From NCBI GenBank assembly GCA_963823555.1, contig CAWGMA010000003.1, forward strand, positions 384,001-448,000: 64,000 nt of DNA, written 5' to 3'. Source of the DNA: Candidatus Eiseniibacteriota bacterium. GTDB taxonomy: Bacteria; Eisenbacteria; RBG-16-71-46; CAVPCR01. Position 1 is the first letter of the stretch; each line of letters opens with the position of its first letter. Shown here one piece after another: positions 1 to 11,229 of the stretch. The notes beneath the pieces were generated by a model. It made no database searches. It was not told where the DNA came from and worked only from the letters and a program-made list of their open reading frames with translations. A program made the position numbers and the translations under genes.

Positions 1-53
1 GGGACGCACCTGCACACGGTCGCCAGTCCTGGCCCTGGGAGGTAGTCAAGCCA

Positions 54-1724
54 ATGTCAGCTAGCACACGCACAGGTCTCCTCGGTCTGCTTCTTGCCGT
101 CGTGGTCGCAGCCGGTGTTCTCACCGCCCCCCCACCGGCCCGCGCCGACCGCGTAGATTACTCCGAGGCCGAATGGATCGTCGCGCAGAGTGGTGGGCGG
201 CTGAAGCCGCTCGACAGCTACGCCCGAGAGACCTCCCGTGAGATCACCGGCAAGCTGAGCTTCGACGGCATGAGCTCGATGGACCTTCTCTTCACGCTCG
301 CCTTCGATGGCGAGTCGCTCCTCGACAAGGAAATGCTCAAGATCGGGTTCCAACCGTTCAAGGAGCGGGTCGGGCTCGATCTCAACCGGAAGCGCTTCTC
401 GTATCGGGAACTGGTCGAGAATCAGGAGCTGATGACGCTCGTCGATCAGGTGCGCGAGAAGCAGCACGGGGGCGGCGATCTCGATCGCCTCGAGCGCGAG
501 GTGTCGGCGGTCTACGGCCGCCTGGTCGAGATGAGCATGATCATGAACGGTGAGCTACCGCACCTGGTGCCGACCACGGGCCAGGGCCCGGGCGAGTGGC
601 TGTCGGTGCCCGCGGTGGCTTCCGCTCCGGCGATCGGCGGCAAGATCACCGGCCCCTGGGAGGCGATGCAGAGCGCCTTCCGCGCCGGGGACAGCTCCGG
701 ATTCCGCCAGGCGAGCGCCGAGCTACGGGCTGCGCTGCGGGAGATCGGCGGCCAGAGCTATCCGCAAGAGAGCCGACTGGGTCTCGAGCTCCAGTACAAC
801 CACATCCGGCCGCATCTCGTGGCCCAGCTACCCTATCTCCTGGCCGCGGTCGGCTTCCTGTTCGGGTTCGCGGTGAAGAAGCGCTGGCTCTACGTGAGCT
901 CGACCCTTCTTCTCCTCCTCGGCTTCGCCATCCAGACCTATGGTCTCGTGCTGCGCACGATCCTCACCGGCCGCGCTCCGGTCGGCAACATGTACGAGGC
1001 GCTGATCTTCATCGGCTGGGGAGTCGTCGGCCTGGCCATGTTCCTCGAGCTCATGAGCCGCACCCGGATCAACGGCGCGATGGCCGGCATCGCCGGCTTC
1101 GTGGTGCTCGTCCTGGCCAACTTCTTGCCGCTCGACTCGGCGATCAGTCCCCTGGTCGCCGTGCTCAACGCGACCTGGCTGCAATACCACGTCACCACCA
1201 TCCTCTTCGGGGATTCGGCGCTGACCCTGGCCGCGGCGGTGGCACACTTCATCATGTTCGCGCAGATCTTCGCGCCTCAGAAGCGAGATGTCCGGCGTCA
1301 TGCCATGAACATCATGTACCGGGCGATCCAGGTCGGGGTGCTCTGCCTCGCGGCCGGGATCATCTTCGGTGCCATCTGGGCCAACGCGTCGTGGGGCCGC
1401 TACTGGGGCTGGGATCCGAAGGAGACCTGGGCGCTGATCACGCTCATCGGCTTCCTGGTGGTTCTGCACGGGAGGCAGGCCGGATGGCTCCGTGAGCGCG
1501 GCCAGGTCCTGCTCACGGTCCTCGGCCTCCAGCTCCTGGTGTTCACGGTCTACGGCGTCAACTACTTCCTCGTCGGATTGCATAGCTACGCCGGCGGCAG
1601 CGCCTCATTGCAGATGCCGCCGCTTCTGGCCGGCTATCTCGTGATCGAGGCCATCATCGTGGTCGCCTATGTGCGGGCGTGCCGCAAGAGCAGCGAGCTG
1701 GTGCGGGCACCCATGGCCTCCTAG
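54..1724 (+). CDS. ccsA: cytochrome c biogenesis protein CcsA (system II, with N-terminal soluble domain)
   Basis: WWD-domain motif [24 protein letters not shown], multiple TM helices, N-terminal [11 protein letters not shown] motif. Confidence 0.9.
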   Translation: MSASTRTGLLGLLLAVVVAAGVLTAPPPARADRVDYSEAEWIVAQSGGRLKPLDSYARETSREITGKLSFDGMSSMDLLFTLAFDGESLLDKEMLKIGFQPFKERVGLDLNRKRFSYRELVENQELMTLVDQVREKQHGGGDLDRLEREVSAVYGRLVEMSMIMNGELPHLVPTTGQGPGEWLSVPAVASAPAIGGKITGPWEAMQSAFRAGDSSGFRQASAELRAALREIGGQSYPQESRLGLELQYNHIRPHLVAQLPYLLAAVGFLFGFAVKKRWLYVSSTLLLLLGFAIQTYGLVLRTILTGRAPVGNMYEALIFIGWGVVGLAMFLELMSRTRINGAMAGIAGFVVLVLANFLPLDSAISPLVAVLNATWLQYHVTTILFGDSALTLAAAVAHFIMFAQIFAPQKRDVRRHAMNIMYRAIQVGVLCLAAGIIFGAIWANASWGRYWGWDPKETWALITLIGFLVVLHGRQAGWLRERGQVLLTVLGLQLLVFTVYGVNYFLVGLHSYAGGSASLQMPPLLAGYLVIEAIIVVAYVRACRKSSELVRAPMAS

Positions 1725-1762
1725 CCGAGATGGAGCCGAGAGCCAGCAAGGAGAGAGTCGAC

Positions 1763-2353
1763 ATGGCAGGCGCATCGACCAGCACTCGGGGGACGATCCC
1801 GATCGCAACCTACGGCCAACCGGCGCCGCCAAAGGGCGAGGTCGCGGCCGGCATGCCCGGGCAATGGCTCACGACTCGCATCGATGACTTCATCAACTGG
1901 GCGCGGGGCAACTCCCTCTGGCCCATGACCTACGGCACGGCCTGCTGCGGGATCGAGGTCATGTCGGTCGTATCCTCGCACTACGATCTGGCCCGCTTCG
2001 GGTTCGAGGTCATCCGCTTCTCGCCGCGCCAGGCTGATCTCCTCATCGTCGCCGGGACGGTGGTCGACAAGCTGGCCCCGGTGATGAAGACCGTCTATCA
2101 GCAGATGCCCGATCCCAAGTGGGTGATCGCGATGGGCGCTTGCGCCACGTCAGGAGGCTTCTACCGCGCCTATCACGTGCTCCAGGGTGTGGACGAGATC
2201 ATCCCGGTCGATGTCTACGTGCCGGGATGCCCGCCGACGCCGGAGGGGCTCCTGTACGGCATTCTCGAGCTCAAGAAGAAGATCGAGCGCGGAGAGACCC
2301 GGCCGCAGATCCAGGCCCGCGAGCGCGCGGCCAAGGCCGAGCGCCAGGGGTAG
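1763..2353 (+). CDS. nuoB: NADH-quinone oxidoreductase subunit B
   Basis: [31 protein letters not shown] motifs; ATG 1763 after AAGGAG. Confidence 0.95.
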   Translation: MAGASTSTRGTIPIATYGQPAPPKGEVAAGMPGQWLTTRIDDFINWARGNSLWPMTYGTACCGIEVMSVVSSHYDLARFGFEVIRFSPRQADLLIVAGTVVDKLAPVMKTVYQQMPDPKWVIAMGACATSGGFYRAYHVLQGVDEIIPVDVYVPGCPPTPEGLLYGILELKKKIERGETRPQIQARERAAKAERQG

Positions 2354-2401
2354 GTTCGTCCGTCGCCTCGGCGACCGGGCGTGGGGGAAGGAGGGGAAGG
2401 C

Positions 2402-2974
2402 GTGAACGAGATGATCGAGAACCCGGCGGGCGACGGAGCGCCGGGCGGCCCGGTGGCGAGCGAGCGCGTGACCGCGCGCCTGCTCCGGCAGGAGCTCGGT
2501 CACGGGGTGCTCGAGGCGAGCGAGACCCATGGCGATCTCGCCATCCGCCTCGATCCCGCGGCGCTGCTCGCGGCGGCCCGCCTCCTCAAGGAACACCCCG
2601 ATCTCGACTACAACTACCTCATGGATATCGCCGCGGTGGACTACATGGGTGAGGACCCGCGCTTCGAGGTGGTCTACAACCTCTACTCGCTCCGCCACGG
2701 CCACCGCGTCCGGCTCCGCGTGCGGGTGGCGGAGGACGAGCCGATCCTCGATTCGCTCTATCCCCTGTGGCCGGCGGCCGACTGGTTCGAGCGCGAGGCC
2801 TGGGATCTCATGGGGATCGTGTTCCGCGGCCATCCGCGCCTGGTGCGCATCCTGACTCACGCGGAGTTCATCGGGCACGCATTGCGCAAGGACTATCACC
2901 CGGCGGAGCGGCACAGATTGTCGCGACCGTACGATCTGTTCAGCGAGGAGAAGGCGGGGGCGCCGCCCGACTAG
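2402..2974 (+). CDS. nuoC: NADH-quinone oxidoreductase subunit C
   Basis: RFEVVYNL, ADWFEREAWDLMGIVFRGHP, GHALRKDY; start could be 2402 or 2411. Confidence 0.93.
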   Translation: MNEMIENPAGDGAPGGPVASERVTARLLRQELGHGVLEASETHGDLAIRLDPAALLAAARLLKEHPDLDYNYLMDIAAVDYMGEDPRFEVVYNLYSLRHGHRVRLRVRVAEDEPILDSLYPLWPAADWFEREAWDLMGIVFRGHPRLVRILTHAEFIGHALRKDYHPAERHRLSRPYDLFSEEKAGAPPD

Positions 2975-3042
2975 GCGCCACCCGGGCGACGGGGTCAGGC
3001 GCGCCGCATGAACCGCGGGGCGTCAGCGAGCGAAAGAAAGCC

Positions 3043-4248
3043 ATGACGACGACCACCAACCCGATCACGACCGAGTCCCCTTCCGAGCGGATGACCGTCA
3101 ACATCGGGCCGCAGCATCCGGCGACCCACGGCACGTTCCGTATCGAGTGCATCCTCGAAGGAGAGCGCATTCGCGAGTCGCGCACCGAGATCGGCTATCT
3201 CCATCGGTGCTTCGAGAAGATGTCGGAGACGCACGATTACTGGGGCGTCATCCCCTATACTGATCGCCTCAACTACTGCTCCTCGATGATCAACGGGGTC
3301 GGTTATGCGATGACCGTGGAGAAGCTCCTCGGCATCACCATCCCGGAGCGCGCCCAGGCCATCCGGGTCATCCTGAGCGAGCTGACGCGGATCATGGATC
3401 ACATGGTCTGCGTTGGCACCAACCTCGTCGATCTCGGCGCGATCACCAACTTCTGGTACTCGTTCCGCGCCCGCGAGGTGATCTACGATTTGCTCGAGGC
3501 CTGCTGTGGTTCGCGCCTCACCGTGAGCTATGTCCGGCTGGGCGGCCTCGCCTTCGATCTGCCCGCGGGCTGGGTCGAACGCTGCCGCAAGATGATCCGC
3601 AAGGACATCCCACAGGCGCTGAGCGAGCTCGAGAAGCTCAACACCAAGAACCCGATCTTCCGCCTGCGCGGCGCCGGGGTCGGGATCATGCCGCGCGAAC
3701 GGGCCATCGCCTGGGGCTGGACCGGACCCTGCGCGCGGGCCTCGGGGGTGGACTACGACGTCAGGCGCGACATTCCGTATTACGGCTACGACCAGTACGA
3801 GTGGCAGGTGCCGGTGGAGCCGGCGGGCGACGTCTATGCGCGCTATCTCGTGCGCATGGAGGAGATGCGGCAGAGCATCCGCATCATCGAACAGGCGCTC
3901 GACCATCTCCCCGGCGGCCCGGTGATCGTGACCAACCGCGAGGTGGCGCTGCCGCCCAAGCAGGAGGTCTACACGAACATCGAGGCCCTGATGGCGCACT
4001 TCAAGCTCATCATGCACGGCGTCCAGCCGCCGCCGGGCGAGGTCTACGGTTGTGTCGAGGGCGGCAACGGAGAGCTTGGCTTCTATATCGTCTCGGACGG
4101 AACGCGACGGCCCTACCGGGTCAAGGTGCGCCCGCCCTGTTTCGCCATCTTCCAGGCCTTCGATGAGATGCTGCGCGGCACGGTCATCGCCGATGTGGTC
4201 GCCATCCTCGGCAGCCTGAACATCATTGCCGGGGAGCTCGACCGGTAG
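3043..4248 (+). CDS. nuoD: NADH-quinone oxidoreductase subunit D
   Basis: NIGPQHPATHG, GYLHRCFEK, DRLNY, C-terminal GELDR. Confidence 0.95.
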   Translation: MTTTTNPITTESPSERMTVNIGPQHPATHGTFRIECILEGERIRESRTEIGYLHRCFEKMSETHDYWGVIPYTDRLNYCSSMINGVGYAMTVEKLLGITIPERAQAIRVILSELTRIMDHMVCVGTNLVDLGAITNFWYSFRAREVIYDLLEACCGSRLTVSYVRLGGLAFDLPAGWVERCRKMIRKDIPQALSELEKLNTKNPIFRLRGAGVGIMPRERAIAWGWTGPCARASGVDYDVRRDIPYYGYDQYEWQVPVEPAGDVYARYLVRMEEMRQSIRIIEQALDHLPGGPVIVTNREVALPPKQEVYTNIEALMAHFKLIMHGVQPPPGEVYGCVEGGNGELGFYIVSDGTRRPYRVKVRPPCFAIFQAFDEMLRGTVIADVVAILGSLNIIAGELDR

Positions 4249-4259
4249 CGGAGGGTAGG

Positions 4260-5594
4260 ATGAACGAGCGGCGCCCCAAGATCTTGACTCTCGGTCTCGA
4301 GCGCGAGGATTCGCATACGCTCGCGGCCTATCGCGCCCAGGGCGGTTACGAGACCCTCAAGAAGGTGCTCGCCACCATGACCCCCGACCAGGTGACCGCC
4401 GAGGTCAAGGAGTCGGGGATTCGCGGCCGCGGTGGTGCCGGGTTCCCGGCCGGCGTCAAGTGGGGCTTCATCGACAAGAAGTCGGGGAAGCCCATCTATC
4501 TCGTCGTCAATGCCGATGAATCGGAGCCCGGCACCTTCAAGGATCGCCTCATCCTCGAGCGGTTGCCGCATCGCATGATCGAGGGGATCGTGATCGCGAG
4601 CTTCGCCCTCGGCGTGCGCCACGCCTTCATCTATATCCGCGGCGAGTACGCGTCCCCGGCGCGGCGGGTGGCCGACGCCATCGCCGAGGCGGAGGCCGCC
4701 GGGTTCCTCGGCCAGAACATCCTGGGCTCGGGCATGGAGCTCAAGCTGACGCTGGCACGCGGCGCCGGCGCCTACATCTGTGGCGAGGAGACCGCGCTCC
4801 TCGAGTCGCTCGAGGGGAAGAAGGGCTACCCGCGCTTGAAGCCGCCGTTCCCGGCGGCGGTGGGCCTCTACGGCTGTCCGACCGTGATCAACAATGTGGA
4901 GACCATCGCCACCGTGCCCTGGATCGTGGCCCATGGCGGGGCCGCCTACAAGGCGATCGGCACCGAGAAGTCGACCGGCACGCGGCTCATGAGCGTGTCG
5001 GGGCGGGTCCAGCGTCCCGGCGTCTACGAGGTCCCGCTCGGTCTCCCGCTCCGCGAGTTCCTCGAGGACGATCTGGGCGGCATGCAGGACGGATTCGAGC
5101 TCAAGGGTGTGATCCCCGGCGGCTCCTCGACCAATATCCTGACGCCGGACGAGGTGGATCGGGCCAATCTCGATTTCGAATCGATCGCGCAGTTCGGTAC
5201 CTTCCTCGGTTCCGGCGGCATGATCGTCCTCGATCACACGATCTCGATCGTCGAGGCCGCCTATTCGGTAGCGCACTTCTTCGCTCACGAATCGTGCGGG
5301 CAGTGCTCGCCCTGCCGCGAAGGCACCGGCTGGATCGCGGGGATCATTCGCCGCATCCTGGCCGGACAGGGGCGCCTCGAAGATCTCGATCTCATCTGCG
5401 CGGTGGCGAAGGGAATGCTCGGCAACACGATCTGCCCGCTGGCCGATGCCGATGCCGCGCCGATGATCGCCTACGTCACCAAGTACAAGAGCGAATGGGA
5501 AGCATTCATCCAGAGCGGCAAGCGGCTCCTGGAGCCCGAGTCGCACGAACCGGCGCCGGATGCCGGGGAGCGGATCCCGATCGCTGTCGGCTAG
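4260..5594 (+). CDS. nuoF: NADH-quinone oxidoreductase subunit F
   Basis: GRGGAGFP, NADESEPGTFKDR, GAGAYICGEETALLESLEG, ESCGQCSPCREG. Confidence 0.95.
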   Translation: MNERRPKILTLGLEREDSHTLAAYRAQGGYETLKKVLATMTPDQVTAEVKESGIRGRGGAGFPAGVKWGFIDKKSGKPIYLVVNADESEPGTFKDRLILERLPHRMIEGIVIASFALGVRHAFIYIRGEYASPARRVADAIAEAEAAGFLGQNILGSGMELKLTLARGAGAYICGEETALLESLEGKKGYPRLKPPFPAAVGLYGCPTVINNVETIATVPWIVAHGGAAYKAIGTEKSTGTRLMSVSGRVQRPGVYEVPLGLPLREFLEDDLGGMQDGFELKGVIPGGSSTNILTPDEVDRANLDFESIAQFGTFLGSGGMIVLDHTISIVEAAYSVAHFFAHESCGQCSPCREGTGWIAGIIRRILAGQGRLEDLDLICAVAKGMLGNTICPLADADAAPMIAYVTKYKSEWEAFIQSGKRLLEPESHEPAPDAGERIPIAVG

Positions 5595-5625
5595 CCGGCG
5601 GCGGACGCGGCAAGGAGAAGCCAAG

Positions 5626-7290
5626 TTGGCGGACGAGCAAGACAAGCGGGTCACGATCACGGTCAACGGCCGGGAGCTCAATGTTCCCGCCGGCTATCCG
5701 GTGCTTCAGGCGGCGCTCGATAACAAGATCCATATCCCGCACTTCTGTTACCACCCCGATCTCGGCATCGACGGCAACTGCCGGATGTGCCTGGGTGAGC
5801 TCGAGGGAGCGCCCAAGCTGGTGGCAACGTGCACGCTCCGGGCCACCGAGGGAATGAAGGTGAGGACCGACACGCCGCGCGTCCACGAGGCGGTGCGCGG
5901 TGTGCTCGAGTTCATCCTCATCAACCATCCCATCGATTGCCCGATCTGCGATCAGGCGGGCGAGTGCGGCCTGCAGAACTTCTACATGGATTACGGTCTC
6001 TACGAGTCGCGGGTGCGTCTCGAGGACAAGGTGCGGAAGCACAAGGTCGTCGACCTCGGGCCCATGATCGTTCTCGATAGCGAGCGCTGCGTTCTATGCT
6101 CGCGTTGCACGCGCTTCTCCGACAGGGTGGACGGCGAGCGCGAGATCCGCTTCAAGCAGCGCGGCAACCACACCGAGATCACGACCTTCGACGACGAACC
6201 GCTCCGGAGCCGCTATGCGGGGAACCTCGCCGACCTCTGTCCGGTGGGGGCGCTGACCTCCAAGGACTTCCGGTTCAAGATGCGGGTGTGGTTCCTCAAG
6301 TCGGCGAACTCGGTGTGCGACCTCTGCTCGACCGGGTGCTCGATCCGCATCGACCAGAACCACGACCGCATCTACCGCTACGTGCCACGGCGAAACTCAG
6401 CGGTGAACGCGAGCTGGATGTGTGACGAGGGGCGGCTGTCCTACAAGCGGGTCGGGGCTCCGGCGCGCCTCGAGTCGCCTCTCCTGCGCGATGATAACCG
6501 GCTCGTCGCCATTCCCTGGGAGAAGGCGCTCGATATCGCGTCGCGCCGGATCAGGGAGGCGCGGGAGCATCCGTCCGAGATCCTGGCCATCGCCACGCCG
6601 GCGGTGACCACCGAAGAGCTCTACACCTTCGGCCGCTTCGCCCGCGCGGTGCTATCGACGCCGAACATCGACTACCGGGTGAGCTCGACCAACGAGCGCC
6701 CGGGCGAGATGGAAGACGACGTGCTCCGGCGGAAGGACCGTTTTCCGAACAGCCGCGGCGCCGAGTTCCTGGCGCTCCTCCCCCAGGCGGGTGGAGTGAG
6801 CCTCGCCGAGGCGGCGGGGCGCACGTTCCGCCTCGTCTATGTCCTCGGCGCCGATCGGATCGCCGAGGGCGATCGCCTGGGAACGATCCGCCAGATCCTC
6901 GAGCGCGCCGGGACCGTGATCGCGCACTCGGCGCACGAGGCGGATCTCCTCGAATTCGCCGATCTCGTCTTCCCGGTCACGATGGCGGCCGAGAAGCGCG
7001 GCACTCTCGTCAATCACCAGGGGCGCGTGCAGCGCGTCGAGCCCGCGGTGTCGCCTCCGGGCGAGGCCGAGGCCGACGGCACCGTGCTCGAGTTCATCGC
7101 CGAGAAGCTCGAGGAGCCCCTCGGCAAGTTCGATCCGGCCGCCGTGTTCGCCGCGATGGCGGCCCAGGTTCCGGCCTTCCACGGCCTCCGTTTCGACCGT
7201 CTGGGGGCGACTGGAGCGCAGGCCGCGGGGATCGCGCCCGAGCTGCCGCGGGTTTCCGCGGTCTCCGTGGCGTTGATGCCGGTGGGTTAG
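5626..7290 (+). CDS. nuoG: NADH-quinone oxidoreductase subunit G (short form)
   Basis: [55 protein letters not shown] start after AAGGAG. Confidence 0.9.
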   Translation: MADEQDKRVTITVNGRELNVPAGYPVLQAALDNKIHIPHFCYHPDLGIDGNCRMCLGELEGAPKLVATCTLRATEGMKVRTDTPRVHEAVRGVLEFILINHPIDCPICDQAGECGLQNFYMDYGLYESRVRLEDKVRKHKVVDLGPMIVLDSERCVLCSRCTRFSDRVDGEREIRFKQRGNHTEITTFDDEPLRSRYAGNLADLCPVGALTSKDFRFKMRVWFLKSANSVCDLCSTGCSIRIDQNHDRIYRYVPRRNSAVNASWMCDEGRLSYKRVGAPARLESPLLRDDNRLVAIPWEKALDIASRRIREAREHPSEILAIATPAVTTEELYTFGRFARAVLSTPNIDYRVSSTNERPGEMEDDVLRRKDRFPNSRGAEFLALLPQAGGVSLAEAAGRTFRLVYVLGADRIAEGDRLGTIRQILERAGTVIAHSAHEADLLEFADLVFPVTMAAEKRGTLVNHQGRVQRVEPAVSPPGEAEADGTVLEFIAEKLEEPLGKFDPAAVFAAMAAQVPAFHGLRFDRLGATGAQAAGIAPELPRVSAVSVALMPVG

Positions 7291-7318
7291 CGCAAGCGAA
7301 GCACGGGAGAGGTTCACC

Positions 7319-7900
7319 ATGTCGCAGACCATGATGCCCGAGATCAAGCCAGCGCCCCCGACCGGACGCGAGCGCTCGCCCGGTATCGCCTCGACGCCGA
7401 CCAAGAGCACGATCGGCGCGATTCTCTCCGGCATGGCGCTCACCTTGAGCAAGTTCCTCGCGAGCGTGACCGGTCGTGACCGGCCGACGGTCCTCTACCC
7501 GCACCAGCACCGCGACTACTCGGGACGCTTCCGCGGGACGCACATTCTCACCAAGCGCGAGGACGGCCGCCCGCGCTGCGTGGCCTGCTTCCTTTGCGCG
7601 ACGATCTGTCCGGCCGAATGCATCACCATCGAGGCCGCCGAGACCGAGGACAAGTCGATCGAGAAATACCCGGTTCGCTTCGATATCGATAACCTGCGCT
7701 GCGTCTTCTGCGGGTTCTGCGTCGATGCCTGCCCCGAGGAGGCGATCATCATGAGCCGGGAGTTCGAGCAGGCGATCTTCGATCGCAAGGACTCGATCTG
7801 GGACATCGACTACCTGATGAACCGCAAGACCTTCACCGAGTCCGACTTGGGCTACCGGCCCCGCGAGGACCGCGATGGGCGATCCGGGACGCGGGGCTAG
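7319..7900 (+). CDS. nuoI: NADH-quinone oxidoreductase subunit I
   Basis: two CxxCxxCxxxCP motifs ([24 protein letters not shown]), RFRG motif. Confidence 0.9.
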   Translation: MSQTMMPEIKPAPPTGRERSPGIASTPTKSTIGAILSGMALTLSKFLASVTGRDRPTVLYPHQHRDYSGRFRGTHILTKREDGRPRCVACFLCATICPAECITIEAAETEDKSIEKYPVRFDIDNLRCVFCGFCVDACPEEAIIMSREFEQAIFDRKDSIWDIDYLMNRKTFTESDLGYRPREDRDGRSGTRG

Positions 7901-8102
7901 GGCCGGGGCTCGCCGCGCCGGAGTCTTGACAGGAGGAACGGGAGAGGATGCCGGAGCTGACGGAATGTCCGGACCCGGGGGCGTGGCCAACGCTGCCGGA
8001 AGCCCTCAATCTGTTGTCACCATGAGGGTTGCAAATGCTCCTTGATGGGTCCGGTGCATGCTATAGTTCGCTTAGTGGACAAAGGGGGGAGGCGAAGCAC
8101 GA

Positions 8103-8321
8103 ATGCCAGCATACCGTTCCATCCGTGACCGGATGCTCTGCGAGTGCGATGTCGATGGTTTCCGGGCGGCGACTCCCGAGTTCGCGGCCTATTGCCCCAT
8201 CGAAAGGCGCAAGGTGCTCGCGGCGGATCATGCGGGGTGCGGCAACTTCGGCGGCTACCTCTACTCGGAGACTGGAGAGGCGGCCGGAGTCCGCTGCCTC
8301 CATCCTCTCCATCGCAGCTAG
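8103..8321 (+). CDS. small Cys-containing hypothetical protein
   Basis: GGAGG upstream, extended -10-like TGCTATAGT at ~8059, fills an intergenic gap. Confidence 0.4.
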   Translation: MPAYRSIRDRMLCECDVDGFRAATPEFAAYCPIERRKVLAADHAGCGNFGGYLYSETGEAAGVRCLHPLHRS

Positions 8322-8466
8322 CCCATCTCGCCCCTGACTCGAGTTTTTTCGGCGCCGGGTTGCAGGGCCTGGACGCGAGCGGCCCGCGTCCGGTTCTCCT
8401 CGGCGCCGATTCCTCTTGGACTCCCCGCTCTGCTCATCGCGAAAGCTCGACCGATTGGCGCCCGCG

Positions 8467-9408
8467 TCAGCCCACTCGCCCCGGGTTGAGACCCGGCCAG
8501 GTCGGGAGCAGGAACCCGCGCCGCGGCACATCGGTGCGCACGAGGCGCAGCGCTCCCGGGAGCACCTCCGCCGTGATGTGATCGGTGAGCCCGGCCACAT
8601 CGCCGTCCACCTCGCTGCGGAGCGCGCGGCTCAGCCTGGCCTCGACCCGAGCCCCGGAGAAGTAGCTGATGCCGGGATGCAATTCCATGGTGCCCTGCAG
8701 CACGTGCCCGGAGAGGGTCAGGAAGTCGCGCAGGTCGCCGAGGGTGAGCACCGCAACATCGACTCGCGCATCATCCGGGCGCGAATCGGGGAACAGATCG
8801 AACTCGCCGAAGAGCTTGCCGATGTTCGCCAGGAGGAGGCAGTGGCCCGCGATCCGCTGCGCAGGGCGATCGTCCACGGCCACTTCGAAGGTGGTGGTCT
8901 CGGTGGACCCAAGCTGCACGAGAGCGCCGTAGATGTAGGCGAGGAGACCGAAACGCCGCTTGAGCTGCGCATCCGCGGTGGCCATGACTTCCGAGTCGTA
9001 GCCGACACCGAAGGTCAGAAGCGAGATCCGACCATTCACCCGCAAGGCGTCGAAGGGACGCGGTTGCTCGAGGGCAGCGAAGCGAACCGCCTCCGTGGTG
9101 CGCAGGGGAACGCCTGCCACGCGAGCGATCACGTTGGCCGTGCCCCCGGGAAGGACGGCGAGCGGGATGCCGGTATTCAAGAGCGCGGAGCTGACCGCAT
9201 TCACCGAGCCGTCGCCGCCGTACACCCATACTCGATCCGGAGGGTTCCGGAGCACGCGCTCTACAGCCCAGTCGGCGTGCCGGCCTGGCCCGAGCATGAG
9301 GAGCTCGTAATCCACCTCGAGGTCGCGGCAGGCCGAGTGAATGGCGGCCAGACGCGAAGTCAGGTCGCGCGTGCCGGCAACCGGGTTGAAGATGAGAGTG
9401 ACGCGCAC
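8467..9408 (-). CDS. diacylglycerol/lipid kinase family protein (YegS/BmrU-like)
   Basis: FNPVAG, GGDGSV, LPGGTAN, VDGD motifs. Confidence 0.9.
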   Translation of the reverse strand: MRVTLIFNPVAGTRDLTSRLAAIHSACRDLEVDYELLMLGPGRHADWAVERVLRNPPDRVWVYGGDGSVNAVSSALLNTGIPLAVLPGGTANVIARVAGVPLRTTEAVRFAALEQPRPFDALRVNGRISLLTFGVGYDSEVMATADAQLKRRFGLLAYIYGALVQLGSTETTTFEVAVDDRPAQRIAGHCLLLANIGKLFGEFDLFPDSRPDDARVDVAVLTLGDLRDFLTLSGHVLQGTMELHPGISYFSGARVEARLSRALRSEVDGDVAGLTDHITAEVLPGALRLVRTDVPRRGFLLPTWPGLNPGRVG

Positions 9409-9523
9409 CGGCGGGGATCCTCTCCTGGCAGAGGGCTAGTCGCGGCCGCGGCACCCGCGGCCGGCGAGAAGTATGCCACATCGCCTTGACCGCGCGGCAG
9501 CGAGGGCGGCATGATGGCGCATC

Positions 9524-9769
9524 ATGCCCTTTCTGATCCGACTCGTGGACGGGCTCATCGAAGTGCTCGTCGTCCTGATCCTCATCGACGTCGTGGCGTC
9601 GTGGATCCCACCCCTCGACCGTCACGCCTTGATCCGCGAGCTCAGGCGGCTCACCGACCCCGTTCTCGCCCCGTTCCGGGCCATCGTGCCGCCGGAGCGG
9701 CTCGGGATCGACGTGTCGCCGATCCTGGCCATCGTCGCGCTCGAGATCCTGAGCCGGTTGATCGGCTAG
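9524..9769 (+). CDS. YggT family membrane protein
   Basis: SW..LTDPVLAPFR..IDVSPIL pattern. Confidence 0.88.
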   Translation: MPFLIRLVDGLIEVLVVLILIDVVASWIPPLDRHALIRELRRLTDPVLAPFRAIVPPERLGIDVSPILAIVALEILSRLIG

Positions 9770-9814
9770 CTCCGCGCCACCCCCTGGGTCGGATCCCCCG
9801 CTCCGGCCCCGACC

Positions 9815-9843
9815 TTGACTTTGCCCCCGGATGTGCCTACAAT
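9815..9843 (+). promoter_or_regulatory. sigma70-type promoter upstream of radical SAM gene
   Basis: TTGACT-N17-TACAAT. Confidence 0.6.
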
Positions 9844-10084
9844 ATCGGGCACTTGGGCGGATCTTGCCGCGCTGGTCCCGGCGCGCAGGTCGCCCCTTCC
9901 CACCTCACGGAGGGTTGTAGCTAAGCCCTTTAGCTAATGACTGCTCCGCCCACCGGGGCGAGCCGATAAGCAACCTGACGCATGGCCTCGGACCCCGCGG
10001 TCCAATCCGTGTCCGGGGTCCCTTCTCCATCATCCAGACCGGGGTGATCCGTGATCCCCGGAGCACCGGCGCCGGAGTCCTCTG

Positions 10085-11098
10085 TTGCGCACCCTTCGCC
10101 TCCTCAACTCGGCTGCCTTCAAGCGGCGCGCGCCCTACTGGATGCAGCGGCTGGCCCGGCGCAAGATCGTGGCCAGCTCCACCTTCGAGAGCATCTATCG
10201 CGCCCTGGTGGATCGTGAGATCGCCGAGCTCGAGCGCGGCGAACTGCCCGCGCCCAAGGTCGTCTACGCCGAATCCACCAACGCCTGCAACGCGACCTGC
10301 GTCATGTGCCCGCGCGACGAGATGCAGCGCTCGATCGGCATCATGCCGATGGATCTCTTCCGGAAGGTCGTCGATGAGTGCGCGGACTGGGGCGTCGAGG
10401 AAGTCCGGCTGCACAATTTCGGCGAGCCCCTCATCGACGTCAAGATCTACGACAAGATCGAGTACGCGAAACGCAAGGGCATCAGGACCACCACGATCTA
10501 CTCCAACGGCGCGCTCCTCAACAACGATCGCGCGCGGCGCCTGATCTCCGCCGGTCTCGACAAGCTCTACATCAGCTTCGACGGCGCCACCAAGAAGACG
10601 TTCGAGACCATCCGCCTGCCCTTGAGCTTCGATCAGGTATCGGAGAACGTGCGGAGCTTCCACGCACTGCGCGGCGAGATGCGTTCGCTCACGCCCCACA
10701 TCTACCTGACCTTCACCCACATCGATCAGCCGCGCGACGAGGTGGAGAAGTTCCGCCAGGACTGGACGCCGTACTCGGACAAGGTCTTCATCATCGACGC
10801 CCACGACTGGGCCGGGCAGGCCGAGGTGGCGCTCCACGAGAAGCAGGGCGGGCCGCGCTGGCCGTGCGTCTATCTATGGAAATCGATGACCGTCCTCTAT
10901 TCCGGACAGGTCACGCTCTGCTGTATGGACATCAAGGGTGCCGAGGCCGTCGGCAACGCGCGCGAGCAGTCGCTGCGCGAGATCGCGAACAGCCTGGTCA
11001 TGCGGGAGATCCGCGCCTCGCATCGCGCGCACCGCTACGATCAGGTCAAGCTGTGCAGCGGGTGTTCGCTCAACCGCATGTGGTCCTTGTACGATTGA
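10085..11098 (+). CDS. radical SAM / SPASM domain protein
   Basis: CNATCVMC, FGEPL, C-terminal PC..LCCMD..CSGC; start uncertain. Confidence 0.88.
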   Translation: MRTLRLLNSAAFKRRAPYWMQRLARRKIVASSTFESIYRALVDREIAELERGELPAPKVVYAESTNACNATCVMCPRDEMQRSIGIMPMDLFRKVVDECADWGVEEVRLHNFGEPLIDVKIYDKIEYAKRKGIRTTTIYSNGALLNNDRARRLISAGLDKLYISFDGATKKTFETIRLPLSFDQVSENVRSFHALRGEMRSLTPHIYLTFTHIDQPRDEVEKFRQDWTPYSDKVFIIDAHDWAGQAEVALHEKQGGPRWPCVYLWKSMTVLYSGQVTLCCMDIKGAEAVGNAREQSLREIANSLVMREIRASHRAHRYDQVKLCSGCSLNRMWSLYD

Positions 11099-11179
11099 AC
11101 CGGTGTCCCGGCTGGGGACCGACCGTCTGTGATCCTGAGCCGGGTTTTCTCATCGAACCGCCACGATGAGATGCACGAA

Positions 11180-11208
11180 GGGCCCGCCCCGTTCGGGGCG
11201 GGCCTCTT
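11180..11208. terminator. hairpin between convergent genes (probable bidirectional terminator)
   Basis: GGCCCGCCCCG-TT-CGGGGCGGGCC inverted repeat. Confidence 0.65.
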
Positions 11209-11229
11209 CATTTCGCGGGCGGGGCGCCG

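Noticed and set aside
9905..9950. Fluoride riboswitch (GCTAATGAC)
   Set aside because: The 5' GATG stem and 3' CTAC are missing, and the downstream gene is not fluoride-related.
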